Part shown: positions 44,401 through 54,583 of the stretch, piece after piece
Numbering within the stretch: position 1 is the first letter of the stretch
How the letters are laid out: each line of letters starts with the position of its first letter
Assembly (NCBI GenBank): GCA_977020255.1
Contig: CDROCS010001869.1
Location: 186,001 to 250,000, forward strand
Direction of reading: 5' to 3'
DNA from: Obrimoposthia wandeli
Taxonomy: Eukaryota
Length of the DNA stretch: 64,000 bases
The notes under the pieces: model-generated
Databases searched by the model: none
What the model saw: the letters and a program-made list of their open reading frames with translations, nothing else
What the model was told of the DNA's origin: nothing
Position numbers and translations under genes: made by a program

Positions 44401-47265
44401 ATGTTAAATTGGTTGTTTGCAATCCATAATCCTACATGAACCTATAATAATAATAATAATAATAATTGTAATACCTGTTGGAAATATAACTATAGTATAT
44501 TCCCTTAACTTTTCAACATATTGTATAGGTTTCTTTGATCGAAAGAGTAAGTGACTAACACTTCCCTTAACTTTACCTTTATAATTTATATTGCTTATTT
44601 TCATTTCATGTAATAATAGTGTTGATGATGTCACAGACTTATATAGTTTTGTATTATCCAATGATAATCAATAACCAATCAGATTCAAGTAGTCAACTAT
44701 AACTAACAAAATATTTAAGTTTACTGTCATTATTATTTTTCATGTTCAATTTACAAAAACAAATTTTGAAGAGCGACGATAGAAAGAAGAATGGAATTTT
44801 AAATAATCAGCGATTAAAACTCAAAAGCACAATCCATATAGATTCTGATGATACAGAATCAGAAGATATTTTTAAGTGAAAATTTCATCATGATGCCCGT
44901 AATCTATGGATTTTACTACAATGTTATGCTAACAAAATTCAAAATTGATTACGTAATATCAAGATTTCACAGTACGGTTATAAATCATCTTAATACTTTT
45001 TCAAAGGTATGAAATTGGATATAATGTTTTTTTAAATTTAGTGTTTTCATTATAGCTAATGAAAATTCATTCCCGGAATCTATGAATTCTATGAAGAAGA
45101 GATTCCCAAATGCAAAAATTGGACATTATTTATTCAAATACAAGTTCAAAGTTGATAAGCTCGGAAAAACCGAAGCCTATATCGAAAATTACAGAAGGAA
45201 ACGTGAAAGTTTAATAAATATTGACTGTCTTTATTATCTTTTACTATAAACAAAAGGATTTTTAAATATTCCTTGTCACCGGTGCTGCCCGGTCATGCAG
45301 GGCCTTTCTCTTAGGAGGCTCCGAAAGGGAGAATTTGGTAATTTTTTAAATCTATAAGTTTCAAATACACGTAAAACACTTTAAAACATATAAAAAATGC
45401 AAAATTTAAAATTTGTAACATCAAAGCTAAAATTCTTGTATAAACCGCGAAATTTAAAAATTCAGTCTCTAAATCGTGCATTCGGGAATTTGCAGTAAAA
45501 TGTCATTTTGGAATCATTTAGTGTGGTTTGAGTGATTTTTGTGTGTTTTTGAGGAATTTGTAGTAGAATAGAGTGTTGGAACGGGAATGATGGAATTAAG
45601 AGCACAGCGTACCACCCCGGAGGCCTTTGTTCCGAAATTCCCGTACCGACACTATGCATCAATTTCTTTTAAATATCAAAATCGAGTGGCATGAAATGTA
45701 GATTAGGCCGTAACAATGGATATTAAGTAAATGGATTTTGTTTTGAATACTTTCCAATCAGTCTTTAAAAATTGATTCAATGAAACAACTTTGATTGTTA
45801 TATTTATCACACTGTCGGTGTACTGATATTGTCATTTGTGAATAAAATAAGATAATAGATATTCAATGGGAAATGGCATAAATTAAATTAAAATATGTTT
45901 TGTTTAAATTGTAAGTTGCGGTTAAATTTTGATAATTTCTCTCGCTTCTTTTCTAGCGACTCAATGGTGAATTTTTTTCATAGAATTTTCAAGTAATTAT
46001 AAGGAATATATAATTCTATTCAATTTCTAAACTCGCCAGAAATTATTTTTCTACTTTATAATTATAGACACATCAATTTATTGATTGCACTTTTAATTTT
46101 CGTGACTCAGCTTTTTATTTTGAATGTTTTAGTTTCAATTAGAAATATTTCATCATCAGCAGGCTAAATTAACGAAAATTTTTGTTGTTATTTTTGAAAC
46201 AAATTCTTAATTATTCATTATAATCGTGTCATTGTACTTTACTTTCTTTTACATTAAAATAACATTTAAGTTTGTTCAAATATCTAAATTTAAGTATCAA
46301 ATAATATTGTACTTTTAAAAAGTTTCTATTATAATTTAAATTTGCAAATGTTCTGTTTTATAACTATGAAGTCCTTAGAGATAATGAATAACAACACAAA
46401 ATTAAAGTGATTTTAATATATTTCCCATTGATCCACTCATTTACAATATTTGTGCTGGGATTAACGTACTTTGAACCAATGAATGTGATGGGCCAATCAA
46501 TTGATGAACACTATTTAGCTACTATTTTTGTTACAAATTGTTTCGTTATTTAAGGCTATTCAACATAAGCACAGTTTAAGATTTGATGGATGGTATAAAT
46601 AAGTCAAATCATGTAATATGTCATGCGTAATTAAAAGAAAATGAATAGATAAAAACGGTAGGTACATTGCACATACATATCAAATTGATTTTTATTCTCT
46701 CATAGTTAGTTTGAATGCATATAATACAAAGAAATTAAATTTATTCATGCATTTTCGGATATAACTTCACATAAGTTATTTTGTCATTTTAGGGTTGGAA
46801 TTTACTGAATTTGCAATTTGAGTTGTGGAAGTTGAAAATCTCAAATTTCAAATAAAACTAAAATTCGTAGAAATAATAAGAACAATTATGCTAGAAAAGG
46901 AAATCCACTATGTACAAATTTGGTTGTATACATACATTATACAGGGAAAAAACTGGGAAATGTTCTGTAAAAGAAAACTTCACACAATTATTATTGTTCG
47001 TAAAATTTATCTTGGAATTTTATTGTTTTTTTATTTTAGAATCTAAATGTAATCTCACTCAGTTCTTTATGAATTAAATCATATTCCTTAAGTCCATACC
47101 CTGTCGTTACACTATGTTTACGTTTTAGCTAAAGAAAAGTTTCCAGTTGAAGACTACGCCGTCAGTCAACCAACTTTGGAGCAGGTATACTTCGATTTTG
47201 CAAAATTCCAGACCAAGGATGACCTCAAATATGACGTCGAAATCAACTGGAAATACAAGTCCTGA
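5092..47265 (+). CDS. ABCA: ABCA-subfamily ABC transporter, C-terminal half (16 exons; 5' half lies upstream of the window)
   Basis: All 16 exons have AG/GT boundaries and compatible phases. Spliced protein shows TM7-12, Walker [11 protein letters not shown]-loop CPQ, signature LSGGCKRR, Walker B/D-loop [32 protein letters not shown] and the ABCA C-terminal [24 protein letters not shown] at 47373. Confidence 0.95.
7151..7464 (-). pseudogene. Polinton basic core-type protein (QKGGF motif)
   Basis: [87 protein letters not shown], one nonsense codon and a frameshift. Resembles the small basic Polinton protein encoded downstream of the ATPase. Confidence 0.7.
7510..7745 (-). pseudogene. Second, more decayed QKGG-motif basic protein
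   Basis: Lys-rich frameshifted frame ending [10 protein letters not shown], between the ATPase and the clearer paralog. Confidence 0.35.
7712..8078 (-). pseudogene. Polinton packaging ATPase (FtsK/A32-like), C-terminal fragment
   Basis: [18 protein letters not shown] and [20 protein letters not shown]...[25 protein letters not shown] match Polinton ATPase motifs (H+NxSVIxxxQNLF; LFKNPRD; PYGYLxxD; RLRTxIF). Confidence 0.85.
8300..10070 (-). mobile_element. Degraded pogo/Tigger-like DNA transposon remnant
   Basis: TA-CAGTGCACTCTGCGTTAT terminus at 10070 next to a (TA)n run; weak [16 protein letters not shown]-terminus near 9700; left boundary uncertain. Confidence 0.35.
10578..10720 (+). CDS. 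ABCA: ABCA exon (extracellular domain 2)
   Basis: TTTTCAG|AT...TGG|GTAAGT; phase 1-0, open frame. Confidence 0.85.
12456..12752 (+). CDS. ABCA: ABCA exon (ECD2 and TM8, ends VVRDRM)
   Basis: TTCCAG|AAC...ATG|GTGGGC; 99 codons; VRDR matches ABCA V(K/R)ER. Confidence 0.9.
13183..13314 (+). CDS. ABCA: ABCA exon ([24 protein letters not shown]9)
   Basis: TTTAG|ACA...GAT|GTAAGT; 44 codons; matches the AKHLQxxxG...YW motif. Confidence 0.9.
15593..15742 (+). CDS. ABCA: ABCA exon (TM10 region)
   Basis: TTTCAG|AAT...ATG|GTAAGC; 50 hydrophobic codons, YCVSFAF resembles ABCA YxxSFxF. Confidence 0.85.
17091..17216 (+). CDS. ABCA: ABCA exon (TM11 region)
   Basis: TTTAG|GTT...TTT|GTGAGT; 42 codons, phase 0-0. 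Confidence 0.8.
17667..17845. mobile_element. MITE, Tc1/mariner-pogo type
   Basis: 23-bp TIRs CAGTAATTATTCACCT(A/G)TAAGGG with one mismatch, TA on both flanks, internal CACCTATAAGGG repeats. Confidence 0.9.
18632..18739 (+). CDS. ABCA: ABCA exon (loop before TM12)
   Basis: TTACAG|AGG...GTA|GTATGT; 36 codons, phase 0-0. Confidence 0.7.
20202..20358 (+). CDS. ABCA: ABCA exon (TM12 and linker)
   Basis: TTTAG|CAC...GAAG|GTACGA; phase 0-1, GC-rich open frame. Confidence 0.8.
20880..21260 (-). mobile_element. Chapaev3-like (CMC) transposase remnant
   Basis: LHVFVPI*...HDDCYFC and [15 protein letters not shown] match the FxVPMxWRE..HxxDCYFC / YPNxPSAIRPVPH motifs. Confidence 0.6.
22732..22808 (+). 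CDS. ABCA: ABCA exon (pre-NBD2 linker)
   Basis: TTCAG|AT...GAT|GTAAGC; phase 1-0, only one open frame. Confidence 0.75.
23937..24152 (+). CDS. ABCA: ABCA exon (NBD2 Walker A)
   Basis: [16 protein letters not shown]; TTAG|GTG...AAG|GTAGAC. Confidence 0.95.
25574..25759 (+). mobile_element. Mariner transposase N-terminal HTH remnant
   Basis: [47 protein letters not shown] matches the mariner HTH consensus. Confidence 0.85.
26200..26384 (+). CDS. ABCA: ABCA exon (NBD2 Q-loop)
   Basis: [20 protein letters not shown]; CCCAG|GTT...AC|GTGAGT. Confidence 0.95.
27072..27147 (+). CDS. ABCA: ABCA exon (ABC signature LSGGCKRR)
   Basis: TTCCAG|G...CGG|GTGAGA; phase 2-0. Confidence 0.95.
29770..30330 (-). 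mobile_element. Degraded DNA-transposon-like coding remnant, family unresolved
   Basis: GC-elevated frameshifted frames with a Cys/His-rich end ([19 protein letters not shown]), reminiscent of piggyBac-type C-terminal domains. Confidence 0.3.
30896..30990 (+). CDS. ABCA: ABCA exon (Walker B and D-loop)
   Basis: [31 protein letters not shown]; TGCAG|TTA...TG|GTAAGG. Confidence 0.95.
33645..33720 (+). mobile_element. Tigger/pogo-type TIR remnant
   Basis: TA-CAGTGAAACCTCGATTATCGGATACC; partner end not found. Confidence 0.5.
34190..34620 (-). mobile_element. CR1/L2-like LINE 3' fragment
   Basis: EFFSERI...GCFKNRLDQ resembles the CR1 ORF2 C-terminus FFSxRV...FKxRLD, followed by a GC-richer 3' UTR. 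Confidence 0.5.
35201..35320 (+). CDS. ABCA: ABCA exon (H-loop region, His replaced by Gln)
   Basis: [22 protein letters not shown]; TGCAG|G...AT|GTGAGT. Confidence 0.95.
35500..35945 (+). mobile_element. Tc1/mariner transposase C-terminal remnant
   Basis: [23 protein letters not shown]...[11 protein letters not shown] matches DFFLWGxLK...GxHFEHL. Confidence 0.8.
37797..38038 (+). CDS. ABCA: ABCA exon (regulatory R2 domain)
   Basis: [15 protein letters not shown]; TTTCAG|G...CAG|GTGAGC. Confidence 0.95.
39241..39620 (-). pseudogene. Polinton adenain-type cysteine protease with a 35-nt intron (39615-39581) whose donor reads TTAAGT
   Basis: Spliced [25 protein letters not shown]...[16 protein letters not shown]...IFDPL...[13 protein letters not shown] keeps catalytic H, D, Q and C; exon 2 is open. 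Confidence 0.9.
39617..40671 (-). pseudogene. Polinton major capsid protein, frameshifted
   Basis: [30 protein letters not shown] and GNLRLDIKF...[15 protein letters not shown] align with the intact capsid at 62773-63999; the TGA stop overlaps the protease ATG. Confidence 0.9.
40690..40910 (-). pseudogene. 3' part of a small gene upstream of the capsid (amphipathic/basic)
   Basis: [31 protein letters not shown] then a Lys/Arg-rich tail; identity rests mainly on position. Confidence 0.3.
40914..43260 (-). mobile_element. Ty3/Gypsy pol remnant (RT, RNase H, integrase), no LTRs seen
   Basis: [79 protein letters not shown]. Confidence 0.9.
43320..43603 (-). pseudogene. Unknown small ORF with one nonsense codon (probably Polinton accessory)
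   Basis: [57 protein letters not shown]...; no recognisable family. Confidence 0.35.
43623..43935 (-). pseudogene. RING-finger (IAP/Mdm2-like C3HC4) protein
   Basis: [40 protein letters not shown]; one in-frame stop just upstream of the RING; missed by the ORF track because there is no Met. Confidence 0.85.
44167..44604 (-). pseudogene. TATA-binding-protein-like gene with a 33-nt intron (44474-44442) and one nonsense codon
   Basis: Spliced: ...[19 protein letters not shown]...[13 protein letters not shown]...[15 protein letters not shown], matching the two TBP repeats (IFxSGKxVxTGAK; YEPELFPGL). Confidence 0.7.
44880..45170 (+). mobile_element. Possible MULE transposase remnant
   Basis: MMPVIYGF and [12 protein letters not shown] resemble MULE PxVYALL and AxKxxFPxAxIxGC. 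Confidence 0.35.
47129..47265 (+). CDS. ABCA: ABCA terminal exon with stop codon
   Basis: TTTTAG|CT; [25 protein letters not shown]...KS*. Confidence 0.95.
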
Positions 47266-47999
47266 GAACTAAGAACAGATTCAACTGTTTACATATTAGT
47301 AGGAATTACATAAGTATGAAATTAATATTGATATTGATATTTTCCCGAGCGAAGCTGTATTAAACCAGCAGTAATAAAGAAAATTGTGTATTTTATCATT
47401 TCTGTTTTATGGTAATTTCCTGACAGTGAAGCTTTACGAATTTGTCATATTAACACAAGAAGTCTGTGTAGTGTCATTTGACACAAAATTAATTCTAAAT
47501 AGTCAACGTTTTTGTATTAAATTAATTTATTGTAATGTTTTGAGACTTTTATTAAAAATACATCAGTTTTGTAATTCTGTAAATTTTGTAGATAATTATA
47601 CAAATCTGGCAAATATATTTATGATTTGTCTAAAAGCGCAGGTTGCTGTCAATTGACGTAATTGAATTTTGCTAATTTTTTAATATAAATTTATGTTGTC
47701 TAAGTCAATAATCATCTAGAAACACAGACACAAATGACTCGTTTAAAATATGAAAAGTTCAGTTTTTTCAAACTAGACAATTTGCAAAAGTTACGTTCCA
47801 ACACATTGTTTACCAATAAAATATATACACTTTCTACAAACACACAATTTGTACTTTGCTCATACATATAGTCGTATTTTTTTTTCAATATTTTGATTAC
47901 AAATTCTTTTAAGTGCTTAGTTAACTCATGTTTCTAGGTTTGGTTTATTTACGATAATTAGCTGGTTAAAGCATAATTTCATAAGATAAAACATCAACA

Positions 48000-48720
48000 T
48001 TTATTAATAATAATTTCTATAACATTAGACATCCTTCGGTAATCTTCCATATGGGTTTTAAACTTCCATCATGTTTGGTCATGAATCCTTGAATCATGAT
48101 GAAGAGGGTCCATTTTCCATTTTTCATATCCTTTTCAACATTACAATAATTTGCAAAAATACGTTCATCAGCTCTCATCAATATACAATTTCTATGGATT
48201 TTATATCGAATATCCAATTTCTGCATGAGTTCATTCAATTGTTTAATTCAATTCAGTTGCATGTTCAGAGTCTTTGGTCTCAAAGCTATAATCTTGGCGA
48301 AGTTCTGCAAACAATTAAAGTATACATTTTCTTCTGCTGATTCGACTAGCAGTTTTCTATTGAAATATAATCCATACTGTTTTTTTACCAGTCATACCTA
48401 GAATATTGTATAATACTTATAGTAGCCAACGCCGATATCCAGTTTTTGTAGACGTCATCCGAAACGTCGAGTTCAAATTTCCATCTCTTCTTACAGCCAT
48501 ATCTTGAATCGGTCTACGAGTATAATCTATTTTGAACATAGTAGTGTCTCACATCTAGAACAATTTTTGTAACCTCTACCTTCTCAGTGAATATAGATCA
48601 ATGATTGTATAATTATCTGTATAATTCATGCGATTACATCTTAAGCAAAAGTTGGTTCTTTCTATTTTATCACTGAAGATGTCGCATTCTTCTGATTCCA
48701 GACTCGATTCTAATGATCCC
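48000..48720 (-). mobile_element. Possible degraded non-LTR retrotransposon ORF2 tail
   Basis: Weak: KRWKFELDVSDDVYKNW resembles the WxxDL...W stretch of L1/Tx1 ORF2; many stops. Confidence 0.25.
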
Positions 48721-49226
48721 GATTTTATGTTTGGCTGGTGATTTCTTTTAATAAAGTGTTTTTCAAAAAGTTTGAAGTACTTATAATATTATATCATCAA
48801 TAGCAATAAAATAAAACAAAATAAACGCTATTATAACATATGAATCGATGATAAGTAGAACTACTGTTTCAATTTGAGTAAAAGATAATTAATATGAGTA
48901 TTGATTAATTACCTGTGTAAACCGTAATGTACTTATGAGACTCCATTAGCTATTTTTGGAAAAAATATATCAGTGAAGATAAAAGGCATCGACTACAGGT
49001 ATTATTTATGATTAAATGTTTTTCTAAACATTTATCCCATAATAATTTGTACTACAAACGTTTTAAATATTTTCAATATAAAATTTACATATTTAAATAA
49101 TATTAGACCTGATAAATAAGGGTGCCTTTGAGATAAGTTTTAATGACGTTAATATACAAAGGCAAAGTAAAGAAATATAATATAATATTTGTGAAAGATA
49201 AGTGGGACGTTGGAAAACGTCCTTTT

Positions 49227-51754
49227 TTAAGCATGGGATTTTAACGAGTTCTTTGGTCTTTCTTTTCGTTTCCGCTTACTTCTCCTAATCCAAGTGGGAT
49301 TCATCTCACTCGTCCATCTATTCCACACATGACTAATGAACTCTTGTATTCTACACCACCGATGCCTGAGTTTTCCGCTCCCTGTTGACGCTGTCTCATT
49401 CCCCAAACTTTCTTCTCTTCCACTCACCATGAAATATTTTGGTCTTAACCGTAATTCTTCATTGCTATCTGCTGACTGAAAAGTGATTGCTCGAGAGTTC
49501 ACAGCTCCTCAACTTCAACGGATACCGTCATCAGCTCTTCATCACTTAGGTCAGCATTCATCAACACCATCCCAATAGCTTTATTAGCGCTCCTGATCAA
49601 ACTTTCAAACACTCCCCCAAAATGTGGCGCGATTTGTGGGTTAAATATCCAACGAATCTCTTCTCGTTCCAATTGCTTTCTCATTCTGTAATCGCAATTC
49701 AAATTTCACTTGTTACGTTAGCTGTCCCTTGAAGGTTTGTGCCATTGTCGGAAATAATCAAATGCGGCCTATCCCGTCTTCCCATAAATCTCTTTAAAGC
49801 CCTTATAAACTCGTCCGACTCTAAATTTCAAGCCATCTCTAGAGGTACCGCCCGTGTTTGTAAGCATGTAAACAAACATAAATATCGTTGGTTTCGAACA
49901 CAATGTGGCAATAACCACTTAGTCTCATTTTCCTTTGATTTCGAAATCATCGTAAATAACCCTTGTCTATATGATCATCTATCACTCGGCTATATTCCAT
50001 CTTTAATTGAGGGTCACGTGCAAATTTCCGAATCAAACTCTCCATTCGACTTTTTATCATCTCTTTACTTTTGCGTAACTCTTCTTTCACCGGTTTCCAC
50101 GGTATCCTCACCTGATACTTGTCGCCGTCATACACAATCGTGTGTTTCGTTTTCTGGATCAGTCTTTCATATTCGATTGACATTATCGTTTCATTCATAC
50201 ATTCCTCAATAGCCCAAAACCTTTGCAGCATCTTGTTTAATTGTTCGTCTTGTGCCAGATACGTTCTTGCGAAATCTGTTGTATTTCCTCCACTACCATC
50301 TATCATTCCCATACACGTCCAACCCAGCGGTGTCAACCAAGCCACCGGATCTCCATCTCTTCCAGCAACTTCTCTAATCACTCGATGCGCTCTCATGCAA
50401 TCTGCATCTATCAAGACATCAATGTTTTGCAATTTCCGACCTCTTTTTTGGAATTGTATATTCCTGAGATGTGGCCATCTTCCTGCTATTTTATCCCACT
50501 TGTATACTGTCAAGTCGCCAGTTGCGCTATTTACGGTTAGAGCATCTAATATTAAATTTTCTTTACTATCCACACTTTTAACCTGCACTTTCATTGATGT
50601 AGCTCTTATCTCTTGCACCTTCCCTCCAACAACTTCTACTGGAACTATATATTCTGGTCTCTCTAATCTCAATGCCTTTGCTATTCAGTTGTTGGCATAA
50701 CTCGTTGTGCTAGCATCATCTAATAGTGCGTTTACCGACACTGTCTTTCTTCGATTTTTCAGAATGACAGGCACTGTTCGCAATGTTATCATTTGATCTG
50801 GCCTCTTTTTAATCTTACGCGTTACATATGTCTCCTGCATCTTTCCATTATCTTTCGAATCTCTGTGGACTAAATAATGGTGTTTTGTTCTGCAACCAGT
50901 TGCATTGCAAAGCTTCTTCATCTTACATTCGTTTGCGCGATGTCCTCTATTTAGACAATTGAAACATAATACATGCTGTCTCACTAAATGCCATCTAATT
51001 CAACGCTAAGCTCTTAAATAGCTCACATTGACTTAGATAATGTTTCTCCCCACACTTAAGACAACTAATTATCCGCTCCTGGGTTCCTCGCAATGTGTTA
51101 GTAAGATACGTAACTCTTCCTCTTTCTACTCCAGTCCTTCCGACTCCTTGTGATACATCAGCTGCCTTCTGCAAATAACCGGCCTCCTGTCGAGCCCATT
51201 TTGCTAACGTTTCCATATCTTCTTCTTCCTTACACGTATGAATGTGCCTTCCACAACTGATTTTAGATACATCCGGCATTAATTTCAACACTTTATGGAA
51301 CAACATTCCATTTTTTAATTCTTCTTCCTTCTTCATCTCTTTCAATTTGACTATTGTCGTTTCCACAAACTCTGCATACTTCTCTTACATAAAGTCACTG
51401 CTGCAACTGCAGCTGGATCTTCTGTGTAACCGCATCAAAAAGCTCCTTAAGCCGCCAATTTCCAAAGCGAATCGTCCTACGACCAAGGAGCCTGACAGTG
51501 AGATTGCCTCTCGTCGGGCCGTCCAAATCTGTCCAACAAAAAAAACTCACATAAACCACTTTCCACTATGACTATTTATACTCTTTTACAAACACACAAC
51601 CTCACACAATATGTCCATAAAAATGTCACATTCAACATATATTAACTAGTTAATGTGGGCTCTTAACTAGTCACCAACGTGCAACTCCACCCGCATAGGC
51701 GAACTACCAGCTACAATCAGGCAGTTGACAACCGGGCCACTTGACGTCAGAACA
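49227..51754 (-). mobile_element. BEL/Pao LTR retrotransposon, internally deleted and rearranged
   Basis: Gag knuckles CFNCLNRGHRANEC/CNATGCRTKHHYLVH, protease ALLDDASTTSY, LQRFWAIEE, integrase CLFTCLQTRAV, ISDNGTN, APHFGGVFESLIRS, HVWNRW; candidate 5' LTR start TGTT at 51754 with TATAAATA near 51575. Confidence 0.9.
51387..51531 (+). other. 145-bp inverted copy of the host exon at 54906-55050
   Basis: 6 substitutions in 145 nt by manual alignment. Confidence 0.95.
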
Positions 51755-51899
51755 ATGAAATTATAAAGGAATATTAATCGTCATGGAATTCTCTATTAGT
51801 CTGTATCGAAAAGATAGATACTTAGAAGGTAAAAATATGTTTAGATTTTCGATTATTAAACGAAGTTACCTAATATTGATGAAATTTTGAATAGCCTTG

Positions 51900-53040
51900 G
51901 AAGTGCGATATATTTTTTATACATTAAATAATTATTTCTTATGGATCTCATGCAATGTTTCTTCATGAGATTGGATAAAGTATTACAAGGACGGGTTACT
52001 TACAGTTTGTTTTTTACTAATCATTTTAGGCACTATTTATACGGAAAAAGATTTACCTTTAGAACAGATCACAAGGAAATAACATTTATTATTAAAATCA
52101 AGAAGCCAATAACTGCACAACTCCTGATATTGATAAATTATTTAAGTAGTTTTTCAATGTAGAATTATAATATCGGAAAGAAGAAAGTCCCATAAATGCG
52201 GATATTAATAATCTTCAACGTGTTTACAATGTCAGGCAATTCATCTAGATTCAAATGAATCTGATGTGAAAAAAGAATAGAGGCTTTAGTAGTAGAAAAT
52301 GGAGTTGAACAATGGCAACGAGATAGTGACGAAATTATTCAAATAAAGATTAGAATCTGTGAAGGATTGCATAATTTTGAGAAGGAAAATGGTATAGCAA
52401 AGACTAAAGAGCGTAAATAATAACAGAAAACAGTAAAAATGATTTTTTGTGTTGAAATATTATAAAGATGTATGTCATGCAGAAAAATACAGCAATAATT
52501 AGAAGACCATTTCAAAAAGAAAAAATATGAAATTCAATAAAACATGTAACGATAAGCTGGGAAAGTTGTCAAATTAGAAAGCATGTACAGTCAAACTAAG
52601 AACAAATCTAAAATATTATTATTTTTGAATCGATTGTTAATTTTTTTTGTGGGCCACTTCTTTTTACTGTTCAAAAATATAAATATATGTAATAGGTATT
52701 ATAGACCAGGCCATAAAATACTTAGTATTGTCAGCAATATGCTCGCAAGATGAAAACACAGTTGTAAATATTAGTAAAAATTAATGGATTCTTAAATACG
52801 TTGCATCTATAATAACAATTACTGACAAATAAGTTTAAAATATAATAAGTCTTAAAATTGAACTGAATTATTATCTGAAATTCAGTATATGCTTAATTTT
52901 ACATATGATACTACAAAAATTAGAGAAAGGACAGGTGAGAAAAAGATATGTTTGAAAATGAAAAAAAAATTGTAAATATAAAGTGAAAGATCAAGTTCTT
53001 TTAAAGAGAGGGATAAGCGAGATGGCTAAAATAAAATATA
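51900..53040 (+). mobile_element. Ty3/Gypsy RNase H-integrase remnant
   Basis: HFRHYLYGKRFTFRTDHK...KKPITAQ; decayed integrase with RQDENTV..WILKY, same family as 56770-57786. Confidence 0.8.
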
Positions 53041-53959
53041 ATTATATTAATTGACTGAATTATCACATGATATCCTCAGTCGAAGGTCAAGGACGAAGGA
53101 ACTATATGTGTGTGTTTTGTTTCAACATAAATTGGTGTTACGGATGTATTATATATATATGTATATAGACATGAAGCCAACCTAATAGATGCATTCAACA
53201 TTTCTAATGTGTTTGAATTGATGCATTTTAGTGTTAATACAGTGAGATGTATCAACTCCAGGCCCAGATGGAAATATGAAAATTGCCATATTGGACGGAC
53301 CGACATTTTAAAATGATTATTAAGCAGATGAAACACACTCGATTATATACTAAGAACTAATAAATAGAACAACAAATAAAATTACTCTCAGTAAGACAAA
53401 TTTATCGTTTAAATGTTTTTTTCCTATTAAACTATCATTGCTTTTTAATTATGTGAAATTAAAAATAAAACTTTTACTTAAAATAAGTATTCAATTTTTT
53501 TCAATTTTTAGTTACTTTTTGTCGTCTATAAGATTCTTGATCGAGGAATTCACCAAAATATCTATATAATTTGACGCATATAACAAATGCACCAGCTTGG
53601 GCCAGAAGTAAATTCCACAAATTTCATCTGTTTTGTCAACGGACTTGTTTTCGTGCATATCATCACTGTTGCTGAGGTTCGACCAGTTACCTACAAACTT
53701 ACAACCGATGTAATTAGGGATACTTCAAGCACTGGGAAGTTGGATTTAGTTTCTGCAAAGGCATTTATGACATGAGCTCTTTCTTTTTCACCAGTAGTGA
53801 TTCTACCTGCACCCACCGAATCTGAACCCAACCGATAATATTTTCCCATTGTACTTGAACACGAACCCAAACTTTTGCGTGTTCGCGGCGTTATGTGTTG
53901 TTATTATTTTGATCTATATTGTGGTAAGGGATCCATTGACGATGAACGGTTTAATCTAT

Positions 53960-54340
53960 TATCTGGATGGTGGCACATCTCATAATATTGGATTTCAAGC
54001 TATTGGAGCAGTACTTGGAAATAATCCGATTAAGAGCCCATTAGAAGCAACGAACGAAGTGAAGAAACAGAAAAGAGGTGCTTATGATTACAGGTTTGAC
54101 ACGACCCAGGAAATTCTCATCGTAAAATTGTTCGACAATAAATGTTTGATTGTTGGAATTACTTGTCACACAATTGAATCAATTGGTTAAGTGTAATGAG
54201 GCCAGCGGGTCATTTTCGTCAACCTAGTTTATCATAACGTTACAATGCCTTGACAAGATTGATTGATTGACAAGTAAATATTCGACATCAATTTGTGGAA
54301 AGAAGTGGTGGTGACCATTGCTCCTTTATATTATTGGCAT
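53960..54340 (+). mobile_element. piggyBac (PGBD3-like) transposase remnant
   Basis: KKQKRGAYDYRFD...IVKLFDNK and GKKWW*PL match piggyBac RGSxDY...WxDN and RGKKWWWPL. Confidence 0.75.
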
Positions 54341-54583
54341 GGCAGCAGTGACGTACTTACAGACCAAGGACATTTTGCTGCAAATACAGCATTACATTGC
54401 CTATGAGCTGTTAAAGTGCAGGTATTCATTGATATACATTTTAGAAGTGATAAAGTTTGTCTGAGATATTTTGAGTAAATGTTCCAAATAAAATTAGCCT
54501 TTATTACATAAATAAAACAGAACTTTGTTAATTTATAAAATATATGAATACATCTGGATATGTTTTTCTGTTGTGAAACTTTG

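Larger units (their letters stand above)
39241..44750 (-). mobile_element. Decayed Polinton/adintovirus copy in the last ABCA intron, interrupted by a Gypsy
   Basis: Co-oriented protease, major capsid, RING and TBP-like genes; termini not recognised; inclusion of 43300-44750 is inferred from strand, composition and packing. Confidence 0.75.

Noticed and set aside
49739-50700. + strand ORFs of 99-193 aa (also 63314 and 63502)
   Set aside because: Antisense to BEL pol and to the capsid gene.
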